Part shown: piece by piece, positions 40,818-54,365 of the stretch | Layout: each line of letters opens with the position of its first letter | How positions within the stretch are numbered: the first letter of the stretch is position 1 | DNA from: Rhynchobatus australiae | Lineage: Eukaryota | Assembly (NCBI GenBank): GCA_034780895.1 | Contig: JAUZTB010000098.1 | Location: forward strand, 30,714,429-30,778,428 | Direction: 5' to 3' | DNA length: 64,000 nt | Translations under genes and position numbers: made by a program | Notes under the pieces: generated by a model | What the model was told of the DNA's origin: nothing | Databases searched by the model: none | Seen by the model: only the letters and a program-made list of their open reading frames with translations

Positions 40818-41140
40818 TTCAGAATCAGAATCAAGTTTATTATCACTGACATATGACGTGAAATTTGTTGTTCTGCAGCAACAGTACAGTGCGAAGACAT
40901 AAAAATTACTATAAGTTACAAAAATAAATAAATAGTGCAAAAAAAAGGAATAATGAGGTAACGTTCATGGGTTCATGGATTGTTCCGAACTGCGATGGCG
41001 GAGGGGAAGAAGCTGCTCCTGAATCATTGAGTTTGGGTCTTCAGGCTCCTGTACCTCCTCCCTAATGGTAGTAATGTCAAGAAGGCATGTCCCAGATGGT
41101 AAGGGTTCTTAATGATAGATGCCGCCTTCTTGAGGTACCA
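40818..41140 (-). mobile_element. Rex1/Babar-type LINE 3' end
   Basis: (TCTGAT)n-type tail plus the reverse complement of a 'GRRYRSLKTQTQ..RSSFFPSAI' ORF2 C-terminus (gatggcggaggggaagaagctg...gggtcttcaggctcctgtacctcctccc). Confidence 0.8.
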
Positions 41141-42589
41141 CCTTTCCACAACCAGAGCAAAGCTAACCTGACTACTGAATATGGTCTTAATTGTATTGTT
41201 GCATGTATAACTTGCATTGTATTCAGGAGATGTAACTCTGACTCTACAATCAGAGGACAGGGTTATGAAGAAAAATCGATGAAGCTTGGACTAGTTAACC
41301 TCAAAAAGAAATTTTTGACATAATGAAGAATGAACCATGAGTTTGATCAAAACAATGTGACATGGTATAGAGAGAAGCCAAGAGTAAATCCAAGGCTTTA
41401 ACATTACTCGTGGGTGAATAGAGATGGAGATACATAGAAAGCTAAAACTGAAGAACTAAAGGGTGTAAGTGACTTAGAGAGGACTGGAGGATATTGTATT
41501 GTGTGTGAAGGGATTAGAAGAGAAAGATTTTAAGTTTTGCTAAATGGAGACATTGTGGTTCATTGAGGAAGAATAAGTGGAATTTGGTATGGATATCTGA
41601 TACCTCAATAGATATCTTATAAAGGTAGAGAGTAAGAAGCTGCCAAACTTCCACTGCAGAGATTGAGTTCTGAAGAACTAAAGCAATGAAAAGGATTTCA
41701 GCAACAGCAAAGTAAGATCAGCGTGGATAAAGGCAATATAAAAGAGGTAGGAATAAGTGGTGTTGCTGATAGTCAAGGTCTTGAGTTTGAAGCTCAACCT
41801 GCACCAAATTTGGTGCTAGAGTTTTGGAATGAAGTCATCATGTCTGATCAAGGACTTGATGTCTGACAATGCAACCGTATGCATGAGATTTTAACCAATG
41901 GTCATAGTAGCTTTACTGGACATTGGATAAGTATGGTTGAATTATGAAACATTGTGTCAAAATGATTTTAAATTTTTGTAAAATGAAATGAAAACATTTG
42001 GGGATTCATTTAATTTTTCACCTACTACTTCAATATGTTTGAAAGGTTGCATGTTTAAATTTGATTTTTCACTTGCATGAAGCAATTATCTTCATGAGAA
42101 GAGAGACAACATGAAAAACTACTACGAATCACACATCCTCTCAAGAACATTCAACAAAGTGTGTTGAAGCAGTACATGATAGAATGGAACCAATCCCAAC
42201 ACAGGTTCTGTGCATTTTATATTAACTAAACTAAAGTTATATTAACTATTACTGTTACTTCCAAAATACAGGGCATGCGGCTGAGATATTTACAAGTTTT
42301 CTTACTCTTTTGTACTTGGCCACAATATCAAACACTGCCAAATCATTATAGGCTAGATTAGAAACAAGATAAAGCTACCTTCATAATGGGTTTCTTGCTT
42401 TAACCCTATTGGAAGTGTTGATAGGGATGGTAATGTGCTCCAAGTGCGATGTTTTCTTTTGGAACATTTAGCTGAGTTATTAAATATATTAAAAGCTTGC
42501 ACCCCATTGATTCTGGCTGAGTTTAAAGCCAGACCTGAAGTTAAAGGAAATATTCTTTTCAACATATGATTCCATCCTGATATAGTCAT

Positions 42590-45260
42590 AGAAAAGTTGT
42601 GACAAAGGAAGCCATTCAGCCCATTGCATCTGCCCTGTGTCTAATCTTAGCTTCCATCATTTGATCCATGTCCCTTCAGGTTACAGCTTTTCATATACAC
42701 ATTTTTTAAATGTAGTCAGGATTTCTACCCCTACCACCCTTTCAGACAATGAATTCTAGATGCCCACCGTTTTCATGTTGAATAATTCTTTCCTCATCTT
42801 TCTGTCTAATCCTTCTACCAATTACTCTAAATCAATGACCCCTGATTTTTTTGACCCCCCTCTGCCAAGGGAAGTGAGTTTTTCCTATTTACACCATCCA
42901 GGCCCCTCATTTTATACATCTCAATTAAGCCTTCTCTCAGTCTCTTCTATTCAAAAGGAAAGAACCCTTGTTCATCCAATCATACCTGTCCTAGCAATAT
43001 TCCCAAAAATATTTTCTACATCCTCTTCAAAGCAATCAGACCTCTCCTGTGTTCTGATGCGCAGAATTATACACAGTATTTGAGCCGTGGTTTAACAAGT
43101 ATTGTTGACAGTTCCAACATTACATCCCTGCTCTTATATTCACTGCCTCCACTATCAAAGAAAACCATCTCTTCTGTCTTTTTAACATGACCTGCTGCCT
43201 TTAGATCCTTGAAAGACATATTTTCCAAGGTCCCTCTGTTTCTCCATACTACCAGGACTTTCCCATTTATTGCATCTCTCCTTGCCTTACTGCATCTTTC
43301 CAAATGTGTTCCCTCTCATACTGTTGGATTGAATTCAATTGTCACTTTCTTCCCCAACTGACCAGACTATCTATATCTGCNNNNNNNNNNNNNNNNNNNN
43401 NNNNNNNNNNNNNNNNNNNNTTTTACATCATCTGCAAAACTTTTTATCATGCCTCCTACATTTTAGTCTAAATTGTTTAGGCTAAAAAGCAAGGGGCTGA
43501 GTACTGAGCATTGTGGAACTCTAATGGTAACAAAAACATTCATAAACCACTACCCTTCACTATTTTCACTGAGCCAATTTTGAATCCAATTTGTCACTCA
43601 GATCTGAAGAATGATTTGTGTTTGCGATTGCTTCATGATATCTGGAGTAGGAAGAGGCCACTAGGCCCTCCAACCCTGCTCTGCCATTTAATAAGATATT
43701 GGTTCATGTCATTGTGACCTCAGCTTTTCATTCCTGTCTACCTGCAGTAATCTTCCACACCCTTGCTTTTAAGCAGCTATCTACCTCTCCTTAAAAATAT
43801 TTAAGTTTTTGGCTTCCATTGTCTTTTGAGGAAGAGAGTTCCAAAGATTCACAGCCATCTAAGGAAGAAAAAAAATTACCAACTTTTAAACAGTGACCTC
43901 TAGTCCCAGTTTCTCCCACAAGAGAAAATAGTGTCTCCACATTCAACATCTCTGATATCTTAGGATCTCATTCTTCTAAATTTCAGCATTTATAAGCCTA
44001 GCCTATCTCACCTTTCCTCATGAGACAACCCACACATTCTAGCAATGTCAATAAACCTACAAATTGCTTACAATAAATTAGTATCTTTCCTTAAATATTG
44101 ATACCAATACTGTACATATTACTCCAGATGCACCCTAAAAATGACTCAAATAACTGAAGTATAACTTCCTGATTTTTGTATTCCCTTCCCTTGGCAATAA
44201 ATGATAATACACTGTTAACTTTCCTAATTATTTGCAGTTACTGCATACTAGCCATTTGCAAATCATACATTAGGATATTATTTGCATCACAGAGCTCTGC
44301 AATCTCTCACTACTTAGATAAAAGGCTTCTGTTTTGTTTGTCCTGCCAACATGGACAATTTCACGTTTCCCAACACATTGTTCTATTTGTCAGATCTGTG
44401 CTCACTCACTTAACCAATCTATATTCCTTCTTATGTCCTTTTTACAAGTTATTTTTCTACCTATTGTTGTGTCATTGGCAAATTTATTTACCATACCTTG
44501 ATACCTTCATCTAAATCAGTTATATAATTTATAACCAGTTGAGGCCCCAACACAAATCCCTGTGGCACAACACTCATTACATCAAGCCAACCAGTTGAAG
44601 ATCCATTTAGGCCAACTCTCTGTTTCTTGCTGGCCAGCCAATCTTCGATGCATGACAATATGTTATCTCCTATGACTTGAGCTTATGTTATCAGCAATAA
44701 CCTTTGATGTAGTATCTTATCAAATGCCTTCTAGAAATCAAAATATAGTAGATCCACTGGTTCTCCTATATCCACAGCACTCACTACTTCTTCAAAGAAT
44801 TCCAATAAATTTGTTAAATATGATTTCCCTTTCACAAAGCCATGCTGACCTTGCCTGATTACATGGAATTCTTCTTATTCCCTAGGATAATATTTTCAAT
44901 NNNNNNNNNNNNNNNNNNNNNNNNNNNNNNNNNNNNNNNNNNNNNNNNNNNNNNNNNNNNNNNNNNNNNNNNNNNNNNNNNNNNNNNNNNNNNNNNNNNN
45001 NNNNNNNNNNNNNNNNNNNNNNNNNNNNNNNNNNNNNNNNNNNNNNNNNNNNNNNNNNNNNNNNNNNNNNNNTATGTCATTAACCATTTCCTTCAAGAAC
45101 CTAGGTTGAAGTCAAAACCTTATCAACCTGCAGCTTCAACAATTTGCTCAGTAATACTGTCCAGGTGATTGTAATTTTCCTGTTTACCTCCCTCCTTTCC
45201 AATTCCCAGTTACAGCTATCTCTGAGATGTTGCTTATATCCTCCATAATGAAGAATGATG
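42590..45260 (-). mobile_element. Two or more degenerate CR1/L2 LINE copies
   Basis: Reverse-strand RT/3' motifs (ttttacatcatctgcaaa = FADD; ttatcaaatgccttctagaaatc = DF.KAFD; 'EYKSRDVMLEL..LVKPRLKYCV' in ORF 43067..43303); two separate 3' tails at ~42600 and ~43640. Confidence 0.75.
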
Positions 45261-45309
45261 CACTATTGCAGCTTCGTTCATTTGCCTTCTTCTTTTGGCC
45301 AAATTTTGT

Positions 45310-46515
45310 TGAACCATCTTGATAGAGTTTTTGATGAGGTAACTGACAGAATTGATGAGGGTAATATAGTTGATGTGGTGTACATCGAATCATAGAAGGT
45401 TTTTAATAAGGTGCTGGATAACAGGCTCATCAGCAAAGTTGAAGAACATGACACAGAAGGGACATTGATAGCATGGATATGAAGCTTGCTAAGTAACAGA
45501 CTACAATGGGGTACATGATGAATTTTTGTTTTGGACTCAAAAAGATAAATAGTTGCCGACTCCAGGATTCATGTAGGGCCATTGCTTTTTTGATCTTTGT
45601 TAATGATCTGGACTTGGAATTGTAAGCCACAATTTCCAGAATTGCAGATGACACAATGTTTGTCAGTATAATGAACTGTTAAGAGGATAGTGATAGATTG
45701 CAGCCAGACACATGGCAGATGATGTTTCATGTAGAGAAATGTGAAGTGATACATTTTGGCAAGAGGAATGAAAAGACAGAATATAGAATAAAGAACACTG
45801 TTGTAAAAGGGATGTAGGATTAGAGGGGCCTGTGGGTATGGTTGCACAAATCACTATAAGTGGAAGGTGGGTTGAGAAAGCAATTAAAAAGATGAACACA
45901 ATTCTGGGCTATATCAATAGAGGCATGAAGTATAAAATCAGAGAATTTATGCTGGACCTTTATAAAACATTGATCTGGTCTCAAGCGGAGTATTGTGTCC
46001 AATTCTGGTCTCCACATGATCGGAAGAAAGTCACGGTTTGAGTGTGGATCCAGAAAAGATTTACAAGGATGCTCCCTGGGATGAGGAATAGATTAGAGAG
46101 GCTGGGACTGCTTTTTATTTTCTGAGGGGAAAAAAAAGGCTGAAAGGAGATCTGTTGGAAGTATATAAAATGATGACTATAAAATGATGATGGGTCAGAC
46201 CAAAGTGAATAGAGGGAGGCTGCTCTTGTTGGTGGAGTGGTTGAGGATTAGAGATCATGGGTAGAAGGGAAGAGAATTTAGAAATATGAGGAAAATCTCT
46301 TTTAAACAGCATATGGCTGGAATCTGGAATATATATATCCACAGACGTGGTAGAGGCATGTCTCATTGCAACTTTCAAGAGGGAAATGGATAAATGTACA
46401 CTGGAGAAACATTTGCTATTCGACAGAGAAAGAGCCAGTAGCTGGAACCAGAGAGATGTAACTGGAAGGGAGCCAGAGCAGGCCTCCATCTGTGCTGTAA
46501 CCATTCCATGATTCT
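45310..46515 (+). mobile_element. CR1 LINE RT and 3' end
   Basis: gttgatgtggtgtacat...(DVVY), taatgatctggac (NDLD), ttgcagatgacaca (ADDT), 'LGYINRG..YK.RE.MLDLYKTL...EYCVQFWSPH' (45832..46041), tail ggcctccatctgtgctgtaaccattccatgattctat. Confidence 0.85.
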
Positions 46516-47214
46516 ATTGATGTGGGGAAATTGTCATTAATTTTAAGGATTCAGTATGAATATGACACTGTCAAAATTGTCTATGGTTTAGCGAAACATC
46601 AAAGTGGTGATGAACCTTGTCAAGTCATAAAAAATAGGGGAGAAGTTTCATTGCAGTAGATGTTGTCATGGTTTATGTCAGCAAGCATTCAAATAAAAGG
46701 TTTGTGTTAGCACTGCATTCAAATAAAATGAAGTAGCATCATACCTCTCTGAAGCCCCACAAAACAATGCAATCTTAGGCACACTAAATTGACCAGTCAG
46801 TTGATAACCAAGTTCATGCTGTCTATTGTATCTAGGTACTTTAAGTTTCAAAGGTTCAGACAAAATGACAAATGTGAATCTATGTTTGCCGTTGATAATA
46901 AAGGATGTCAATCATGAAACCCTATGTTTGGGGAAAGGAGATAACAAGAGACAATATAAGCCAGTGAGAGTAGTTTATAGGACCTCTACCATCAGCTTCA
47001 CTCTTGAGCAGAGCGTTAACTAAGAATAAGAAAAAGCTGCAATAAAGATTACTCTTATTTACCCAAAGGGGCTTTAATCCTCATATAAATTTAACAAATC
47101 AAATTGCAGAAGTATATTTTGGGACCATTCATGTAACGTATTCAAGGTGGTTTACTGGAGCAATCCTTCATGGAATTATGTAAGGTAGGTTTTTGCCTTG
47201 AGGCGATACAAAAC

Positions 47215-47615
47215 TTTAAAACTTCATTTATACAGCACGGTAACAGGCCCTTCCAGCCCAACAAGTCTGCACTGCCCATTTAAACCCATGTTAACCCACC
47301 CATACATCTTTGGAATGTGGGAGGAAACCAGAGCACCCAGAGGAAACACACACAGACACAGGGAGAATGTACAAACTCCTTACAGNNNNNNNNNNNNNNN
47401 NNNNNNNNNNNNNNNNNNNNNNNNNNNNNNNNNNNNNNNNNNNNNNNNNNNNNNNNNNNNNNNNNNNNNNNNNNNNNNNNNNNNNGGAGCACCCAGAGGA
47501 AACCCACGCAGACACAGGGAGAATGTACAAACTCCTTACAGACAGCGGCGGGAATTGAACCCCGATCGCTGGCGCTGTAATAGCGTCATGTTAACTGCTA
47601 CGCTACCATGCCGCC
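47215..47615 (-). mobile_element. V-SINE (HE1-like) element
   Basis: V-domain-like tggaatgtgggaggaaaccagagcacccagaggaaac...cagggagaatgtacaaactcc, tRNA-derived head (ggaattgaaccccgatcgctggcgctgtaa...gctacgctacc) and CR1-like tail. Confidence 0.8.
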
Positions 47616-47619
47616 AAAA

Positions 47620-48305
47620 GTAAAAGTCAAAGTTGAGTTAATTGTCATATGCACAAGTACACGTATCCACAGGTGCAATGAAAAACTTACTTGCAGTAGC
47701 ATCACAGGCACATAGCATCATATAAGCAGCATTCACGGGTAAAAACATAAATTATACACAATTTTTACAAGAAAGAACACAATTAGAACAAAAAAAATCA
47801 AAGTGGTCATAGTGTTGCTGAACTATACTGATTAGGATTTTGCCAATTGGTTCAAGAACTGAATGGTTAAAGGGAAGTAGCTGTTCTTGAACCTGGTTCA
47901 TGAGATTAATTCCCAAAATGAGGGGATTATCCTATAAAAAGAGATTGATTCAGATGAAACTTTAATCTTCCAAATTTAGAACATGAGGGGTGATCTCACG
48001 ACAGATATAAATTCTATGAGAGTTTGACAAAGTAGATGTTGAGAGGTTGTTATCATTGGCTGGTGAATCTAGAACAGAGTATCAGACTAAATAATGGGCT
48101 ACTTAGGACTGAATCAGAGAAACTTGGTATTGTGAAGCTTTGGAACTATTTATTCATGATGACTGGGCCTCTTGGCCACTGATTAGATTTAATGTTGAGA
48201 CTAATTGATTTTTGGACTCTAAGAGCATCAAGGGATATTGGGATCAGGCACATAGAGTAGGCTTAAAGGGCTGTGTGGTCTACTCCTACTCTAATTCTTA
48301 TATGC
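47620..48305. mobile_element. Rex1/Babar 3' tail (minus, ~47620-47895) followed by a CR1 3' fragment (plus, ~47900-48305)
   Basis: ttcaagaactgaatggttaaagggaagtagctgttcttgaacctgg; then gaggggtgatctca...gacaaagtagatgttgagaggttg...ggcttaaagggctgtgtggtctactcctactct. Confidence 0.65.
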
Positions 48306-49899
48306 TTATACCTGTACTAAGTAAATACTAACTAGAATAAGATAGAATTCCTTGCATGTGTAAAATGCACATGGGGTTTTTCTCATCAGTAGCATTTAAT
48401 AAGGAATTAAATTTTCATTCATACTAAAGTACTTTCTTCTATTAATAGACATTTGTAAAATTAACTTGCATTAACTTGAATTATGCACAGTATTGCNNNN
48501 NNNNNNNNNNNNNNNNNNNNNNNNNNNNNNNNNNNNNNNNNNNNNNNNNNNNNNNNNNNNNNNNNNNNNNNNNNNNNNNNNNNNNNNNNNNNNNNNTGCA
48601 CAGTATTGCCATTGCATTACAATTTTTTCAGCCTAAATTATTGCATTATGGATGCCAAAAATGCACTTCAATTAAGGATTTCTATCTTGGGAGTAGAGTA
48701 TTTGGAACCAAAATAATAAAATATTCCATTCTGAGGACTTGACTCAGCAAGTATTAAACAGAATTCACTGAGAATAAAAAATACTAAACTAGATTATGCA
48801 ATGCAGAATTAAATATAAATCAGCAATGCTGAAATAAATCTGAATTCAAACTAACCTAATAATTGGAAAGCCTACTGTGCAAACCATTACAGAAGTAATT
48901 TACAAGATCTATAAATTCTCTCTCTATGAAAATTAAACTGCAAGGAGTTAAATTTAATGTACTTTCGTAATGTTAGGACATTACATGGGTTAAACCTAAC
49001 TTGGTTGTTAAGAACACGAAAGCAGAAACAAAGTTTCTCCCCACTGGAAAAAAAATCAGAGTTAATTCCAAAAGCAGGGATTCTGGGTTTTGGGAAAGTT
49101 CATTTGACTTCGTTTTTTCTCTCTCCCTCTCCCAGGCAATGCAATGAAAACCAGTTAAAATTAAACTATTTGGTGCTCAGTGCAGGCTTGTCTGAAAATG
49201 CTGCATGACAGAAAGAGATAAATAAATCAAGAGGGCTACAAAAATGTTTTTATTTTAAAGGGTTTAAAGGGATAGATTATGAATTGTCCCATTCAATTCA
49301 CTGTAGGAGCAATATACTAGGGTCCGCAATTTGCTTCAAAACCTGGGAGGGAGAAGTTCAACCAGGATGGACTTGATTTGCTCCTGTGGCTTCTACCCTC
49401 TCGGGCTCACTTTTTCTGGATGGTCACAGCTGGATGAAATATCCTCTCATCCAGGTAGGGATATAGTGAGGGACATTTAGAAATTATTCAAAAAGTAACT
49501 TAAAACTACTTAAACCATCTGAAGTTTAATGAATTAAATTCACTGTATTGTACTAACAAATAAATTAAAACTTTAAAGTAAAGAAAAATATCTTTCCTCT
49601 AAATATCTATCTTTTCTCTCCATTCTCAGTCCTGGTGCAGAGTTTTGGCCTGAATTGTCAACAATTCCTTCCCCCTGTCCCCACCACCCCCACCCCCCCC
49701 CAACCCACCACCCCCTCAACAGATGCTGCTTGACCCGCTAAGTTCCTCCAGCAGATTGTCTGTTGCTTCAGATTGCAGCATTTGCAGTCTCTTGTGTCTC
49801 TAAGAAAAATAACTCGCTTACCAGCATTTAGCTTTTCCACAGCATCAACCACTCCATTCAAATGAATGGATATGCCATTAATGGACCATTCCTGGAAAT

Positions 49900-50490
49900 G
49901 GAATTGGAGTTGGAATTGGATTATTATTGTCAGTTGTACCAAGGTACAGTGAGAAACTTGTCTTGAATATTGTTCATACATATCAATTCATTACACAGTG
50001 CATTGAGGTAGTACGAGGTAGAACAATGCGAAATGCAAAGGAAACTGACAGAGCTCCAGAGAAATTGCAGTGCAGGTAGACAATGAGGTGCAAGGCCATA
50101 ATGAGGTAGATTGTGAGGTCAAGAGTCCATCTCATTGTACTAGGGAACCGTTCAATAGTCTTATAACAGCAGGATAGAAGCTGCCCTTGAGCCTGGTGGT
50201 ACGACCTTTCAGGCTTTTGTATCTTCTGCCTGATGGGAGAGGGGAGAAGAGAGAATGTCTGGGGTGGGTGGTGTCTTTGCTTATGTGGCTGCTTTACCGA
50301 GGCAGCGAGAAGTATAGACAGAGTCCATGGAGGGAAGGCTGGTTTCTGTGATGTGCCGAGCTGTGTCCACAACTCTCTGCAGTTTCTTGCAGTCACAGGC
50401 AAAGCAGTTGCCATACCAAGCCATGATGCATCCGGATAAGGTGCTTTCAAAGGTGCATTGATAAAAGTTGGTGAGTGTCAAAGGGGAATT
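49900..50490 (-). mobile_element. Rex1/Babar-type LINE 3' portion
   Basis: ORF 50281..50481 'LTNFYQCTFESTLSGCIMAWYGNC...KKLQRVVDTARHIT...LPS', typical of the Rex1/Babar ORF2 C-terminal domain; (TCCAAT)n tail at ~49900-49920. Confidence 0.85.
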
Positions 50491-50889
50491 CCTCCCTAAC
50501 TTAAAGCTGAAAGCAGTACACCTGGACCCTGTCCTCTGCTCATTCGTGCTGAGCCCAGAAGTAGAGTAGAAGTGCCATCTGAGCTTCCAACTAGTTTTGG
50601 AGTTTGATGTTTATCCAAGCATACAGGGCAGCCCAAAACTTGGTGAGGCATGAATGACTGACAGCAAACGGTTCCCTCAGAACCTTTGAGTATCAGTGAC
50701 CTTGATCCATCCCAATTATCTTGCTGTACTGCAGTGCCTACATTGGTGAAATATGCTTTATAGCACATTTTGTGTTTGTGTTCTTTGAAATGTTTTTGTG
50801 TTAGCAAAGAACCAACAATGTTAACAAATTTTCAGGGAAATTCAATAAAAATGATGGTAAGCTTTCCCCTGATGGTTTGGCAAGTTTGT

Positions 50890-53050
50890 CATAGGAGTCA
50901 TAGAGTCACAGAACAGAAACAGGTCCATTTGCCTGCATTTGACCCATATTCTTCTAAACCTTTCCTATCCATGTTCCATGTACCTATCCAAATGTCTTTT
51001 AAATGTTGTTATTGTACCTGCCTCAACCACTTCCTCTGGCAGCTCATTCTATATACATACCAACCTCTATGAAAAAAGTTGCGCCTCAGGTTCNNNNNNN
51101 NNNNNNNNNNNNNNNNNNNNNNNNNNNNNNNNNNNNNNNNNNNNNNNNNNNNNNNNNNNNNNNNNNNNNNNNNNNNNNNNNNNNNNNNNNNNNNNNNNNN
51201 NNNNNNNNNNNNNNNNNNNNNNNNNNNNNNNNNNNNNNNNNNNNNNNNNNNNNNNNNNNNNNNNNNNNNNNNNNNNNNNNNNNNNNNNNNNNNNNNNNNN
51301 NNNNNNNNNNNNNNNNNNNNNNNTGCACTCTTTCCAGCTTAATGGTATCTTTCCTACGGCCACAAACAGTTGAGCAGCAACTTATAAAGGTTCCCAGTTT
51401 TGATCACTAGTCTGTATTTATGGAGGTGATCTTCACTGAATAGGAAGCAGGAGAAGGCAGGAGCTGGGCATATGGAATTACCAATCAACATTTACATTTA
51501 TTGCTACTTGGCTGAGGTATGGGAAGGGTTACCGTGCTTATGGAACTGTATCATAAAAAATATTTTGAAGAGAGAAATAAGGTACAAGTAAAAGGAAAAG
51601 GAAATGGTTGAACAGAAGCATGCATAAGCTGGCATAGGGAATATCACCTCAGTTGGTTTCACAAGAAAACTAAATAGCAGGAAAAGGCCATCTGGTCCTT
51701 ATAGCCAGTTTTCATTCAGTGAAATCAAGAATGATTTCCACAATCACCATCTTCCTTGATTCTTTTAACATTCAAATAGTTAATACTCTGCGTTGAATAC
51801 AAACACTGAGCAACCCATAGCCCTCCGGCATTAGAAAATTCTGAAGAATAACAGCCATTCTTTGCCTCTCAGTTTGAAATGGTGATTCCTTATTTCAAAA
51901 CTGCAGGCCCGAGTTCTAGACACCACAGCCAAAGATAATATCCTTTTAACATATACCACATCAAGCTCCTTAAAATGTATACAGTATGTTTTAATTAGAT
52001 CACTGTTCATTCTATAATACCATAAGGAATTTGAGAGTAGTCTACTCGAGTTTTCCTCACAGATGAATATTTTCATCTTCATTGCACTCCTTCTTTAAGT
52101 ACTGAAACCAAATCTGATGTCAGGATATGGACCTGAAATGCTGACTTTGTTTCTCTCTGCACCGATGCTCTTTCACCTGCTGAATATTTCTAGCATTTTC
52201 TCTTTTTATTTCTGTATTCCATTCTCCATGTTTGGTCTCAGCAAGAATCATTTAATTAAGATAAAACTTATTTACCCTTGAGCTCCAACCTTTTTGTAAT
52301 AAAGACTAACATACACCTGCTTTCCTTCATTGCTTGCCAAAACTGCATTTTAATGTTTACTAATTCATGTACAAGGACAGTCAGATCCCCCTGCAAACAT
52401 TTTCCAGTGTGCCTTGCCTTTAAAAAATAATACATTTCTGTTTTTCTTATCAATTATCACATTTTGCCAAATTATTTACTATCTGTCATGTTCTTGCTAA
52501 CTTGCTTAATATATATCTTTTGCCTCACTTCCCACAAGTTTTGTATCATCAGCGAACTTAGATGTTTTACTCTTAGCCCCTTTATCTAAGTCATTGACAT
52601 GGATTGTAATTAGCTGAGGCCTAAATGTTCATTTGTTTTCTACCCATATCAACCTGAAAACAACCTCTCTATTTTCTGTTCACTAATCAGTCCTCAATCC
52701 AAGCTAAAATATTATACCCAGTCCCATATATACCAATGTAATGGATGTGAGACTTGTGTGAGACTTTATCAAATAGTTTTTGAAAATCCAGTTGAACTAT
52801 GTTCATTAGTTTTGCTTTATCTTTTACGTTGCTTACATCCTCAGAGTATTCTAACAGATTTGTCAAACACATATTCTCTTTCATAAATCTGTCCAGAATC
52901 TTCCAATCATATTATGATTTCCTAAGTACCCTGTAACCACATCTTTAGTAGTGGATTTAATATTTTCCTTACTGTAATTGACTTCAGCATTTCTCTACTG
53001 GAATTTCACATCATTCTTGGCATGTACAAAATCTAAATTACTACCTACAG
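50890..53050 (-). mobile_element. Degenerate CR1 LINE fragments with a small Penelope-like insert (~52120-52220)
   Basis: 'CLTNLLEY.EDV...DIV.LDFQK.FDKVSH...LAWIED' (ORF 52687..52884); ttttgtatcatcagcgaactt = KFADDTK; CR1 3' tails at ~50900 and ~51670. Confidence 0.75.
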
Positions 53051-53878
53051 GGTAACAGCACCATTAACAATTACAAGAAACTACCTGTAAATAAATTACA
53101 TCTTTTAATGNNNNNNNNNNNNNNNNNNNNNNNNNNNNNNNNNNNNNNNNNNNNNNNNNNNNNNNNNNNNNNNNNNNNNNNNNNNNNNNNNNNNNNNNNN
53201 NNNNNNNNNNNNNNNNNNNNNNNNNNNNNNNNNNNNNNNNNNNNNNNNNNNNNNNNNNNNNNNNNNNNNNNNNNNNNNNNNNNNNNNNNNNNNNNNNNNN
53301 NNNNNNNNNNNNNNNNNNNNNNNNNNNNNNNNNNNNNNNNNNNNNNNNNNNNNNNNNNNNNNNNNNNNNNNNNNNNNNNNNNNNNNNNNNNNNNNNNNNN
53401 NNNNNNNNNNNNNNNNNNNNNNNNNNNNNNNNNNNNNNNNNNNNNNNNNNNNNNNNNNNNNNNNNNNNNNNNNNNNNNNNNNNNNNNNNNNNNNNNNNNN
53501 NNNNNNNNNNNNNNNNNNNNNNNNNNNNNNNNNNNNNNNNNNNNNNNNNNNNNNNNNNNNNNNNNNNNNNNNNNNNNNNNNNNNNNNNNNNNNNNNNNNN
53601 NNNNNNNNNNNNNNNNNNNNNNNNNNNNNNNNNNNNNNNNNNNNNNNNNNNNNNNNNNNNNNNNNNNNNNNNNNNNNNNNNNNNNNNNNNNNNNNNNNNN
53701 NNNNNNNNNNNNNNNNNNNNNNNNNNNNNNNNNNNNNNNNNNNNNNNNNNNNNNNNNNNNNNNNNNNNNNNNNNNNNNNNNNNNNNNNNNNNNNNNNNNN
53801 NNNNNNNNNNNNNNNNNNNNNNNNNNNNNNNNNNNNNNNNNNNNNNNNNNNNNNNNNNNNNNNNNNNNNNNNNNNNNN

Positions 53879-54112
53879 AGATGGACTCTGACCTCACGAT
53901 CTACCTTGTTGTGACCTTGCACTTTATTGCACTGCACTTTCTCTGTAGCTGGGACTCTTTACTCTGTACTGTTATTGTTTTCACCTGTACTACATCAATG
54001 CACTCTGTACTAACCCAATGTAACCGTATTGTATAATGATTGACCTGTACGATCAGTATGCAAGCCAAGTTTTTCACTGTACCTTGGTACAAGTGACAAA
54101 AATAAACTAATA
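53879..54112 (+). mobile_element. Rex1/Babar 3' tail
   Basis: Reverse complement of the 49920-50135 tail (atggactctgacctcacgatctacctt...ttttcactgtaccttggtacaagtgacaaaaataaac). Confidence 0.8.
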
Positions 54113-54365
54113 CATTTATGTAATTCTTCCATTTCAGGACATCCCAAGGATTGCTGCAGCCAATGGAGTATTACTGAAGTGTGGTTAATATTGTAAATTA
54201 GGAAATGCAGCAATAATTTGTACAAATGTGGTGACATTGACAGCAAAATGGTCATGACTATATCATCTGCAGCTAGTAATATGGAGTGAAGGATGATGTT
54301 GTATGTGACACCTGGAATAAATCTGCTCTGAAAAACACATTTGAGCTGAAATATTTGATCCAGTT
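54113..54365 (-). mobile_element. DeuSINE/SacSINE1-like 3' half
   Basis: tcaggacatcccaagga..cagccaatggagta..tgaagtgtggt..taggaaatgcagcaataatttgtaca; reverse complement of the tail type seen at 6990-7110. Confidence 0.5.

Noticed and set aside
47320-47545. Apparent tandem duplication of the SINE V-domain
   Set aside because: The two copies flank a 100-N gap, so this is probably an unmerged contig overlap.
48485-48610. Direct repeat tgcacagtattgc resembling a target-site duplication
   Set aside because: It sits exactly on both sides of a 100-N gap; assembly overlap artefact.
53064-53937. Long ORFs of 268-288 aa
   Set aside because: Composed of N-gap X residues; the same applies to other X-rich ORFs in the track.
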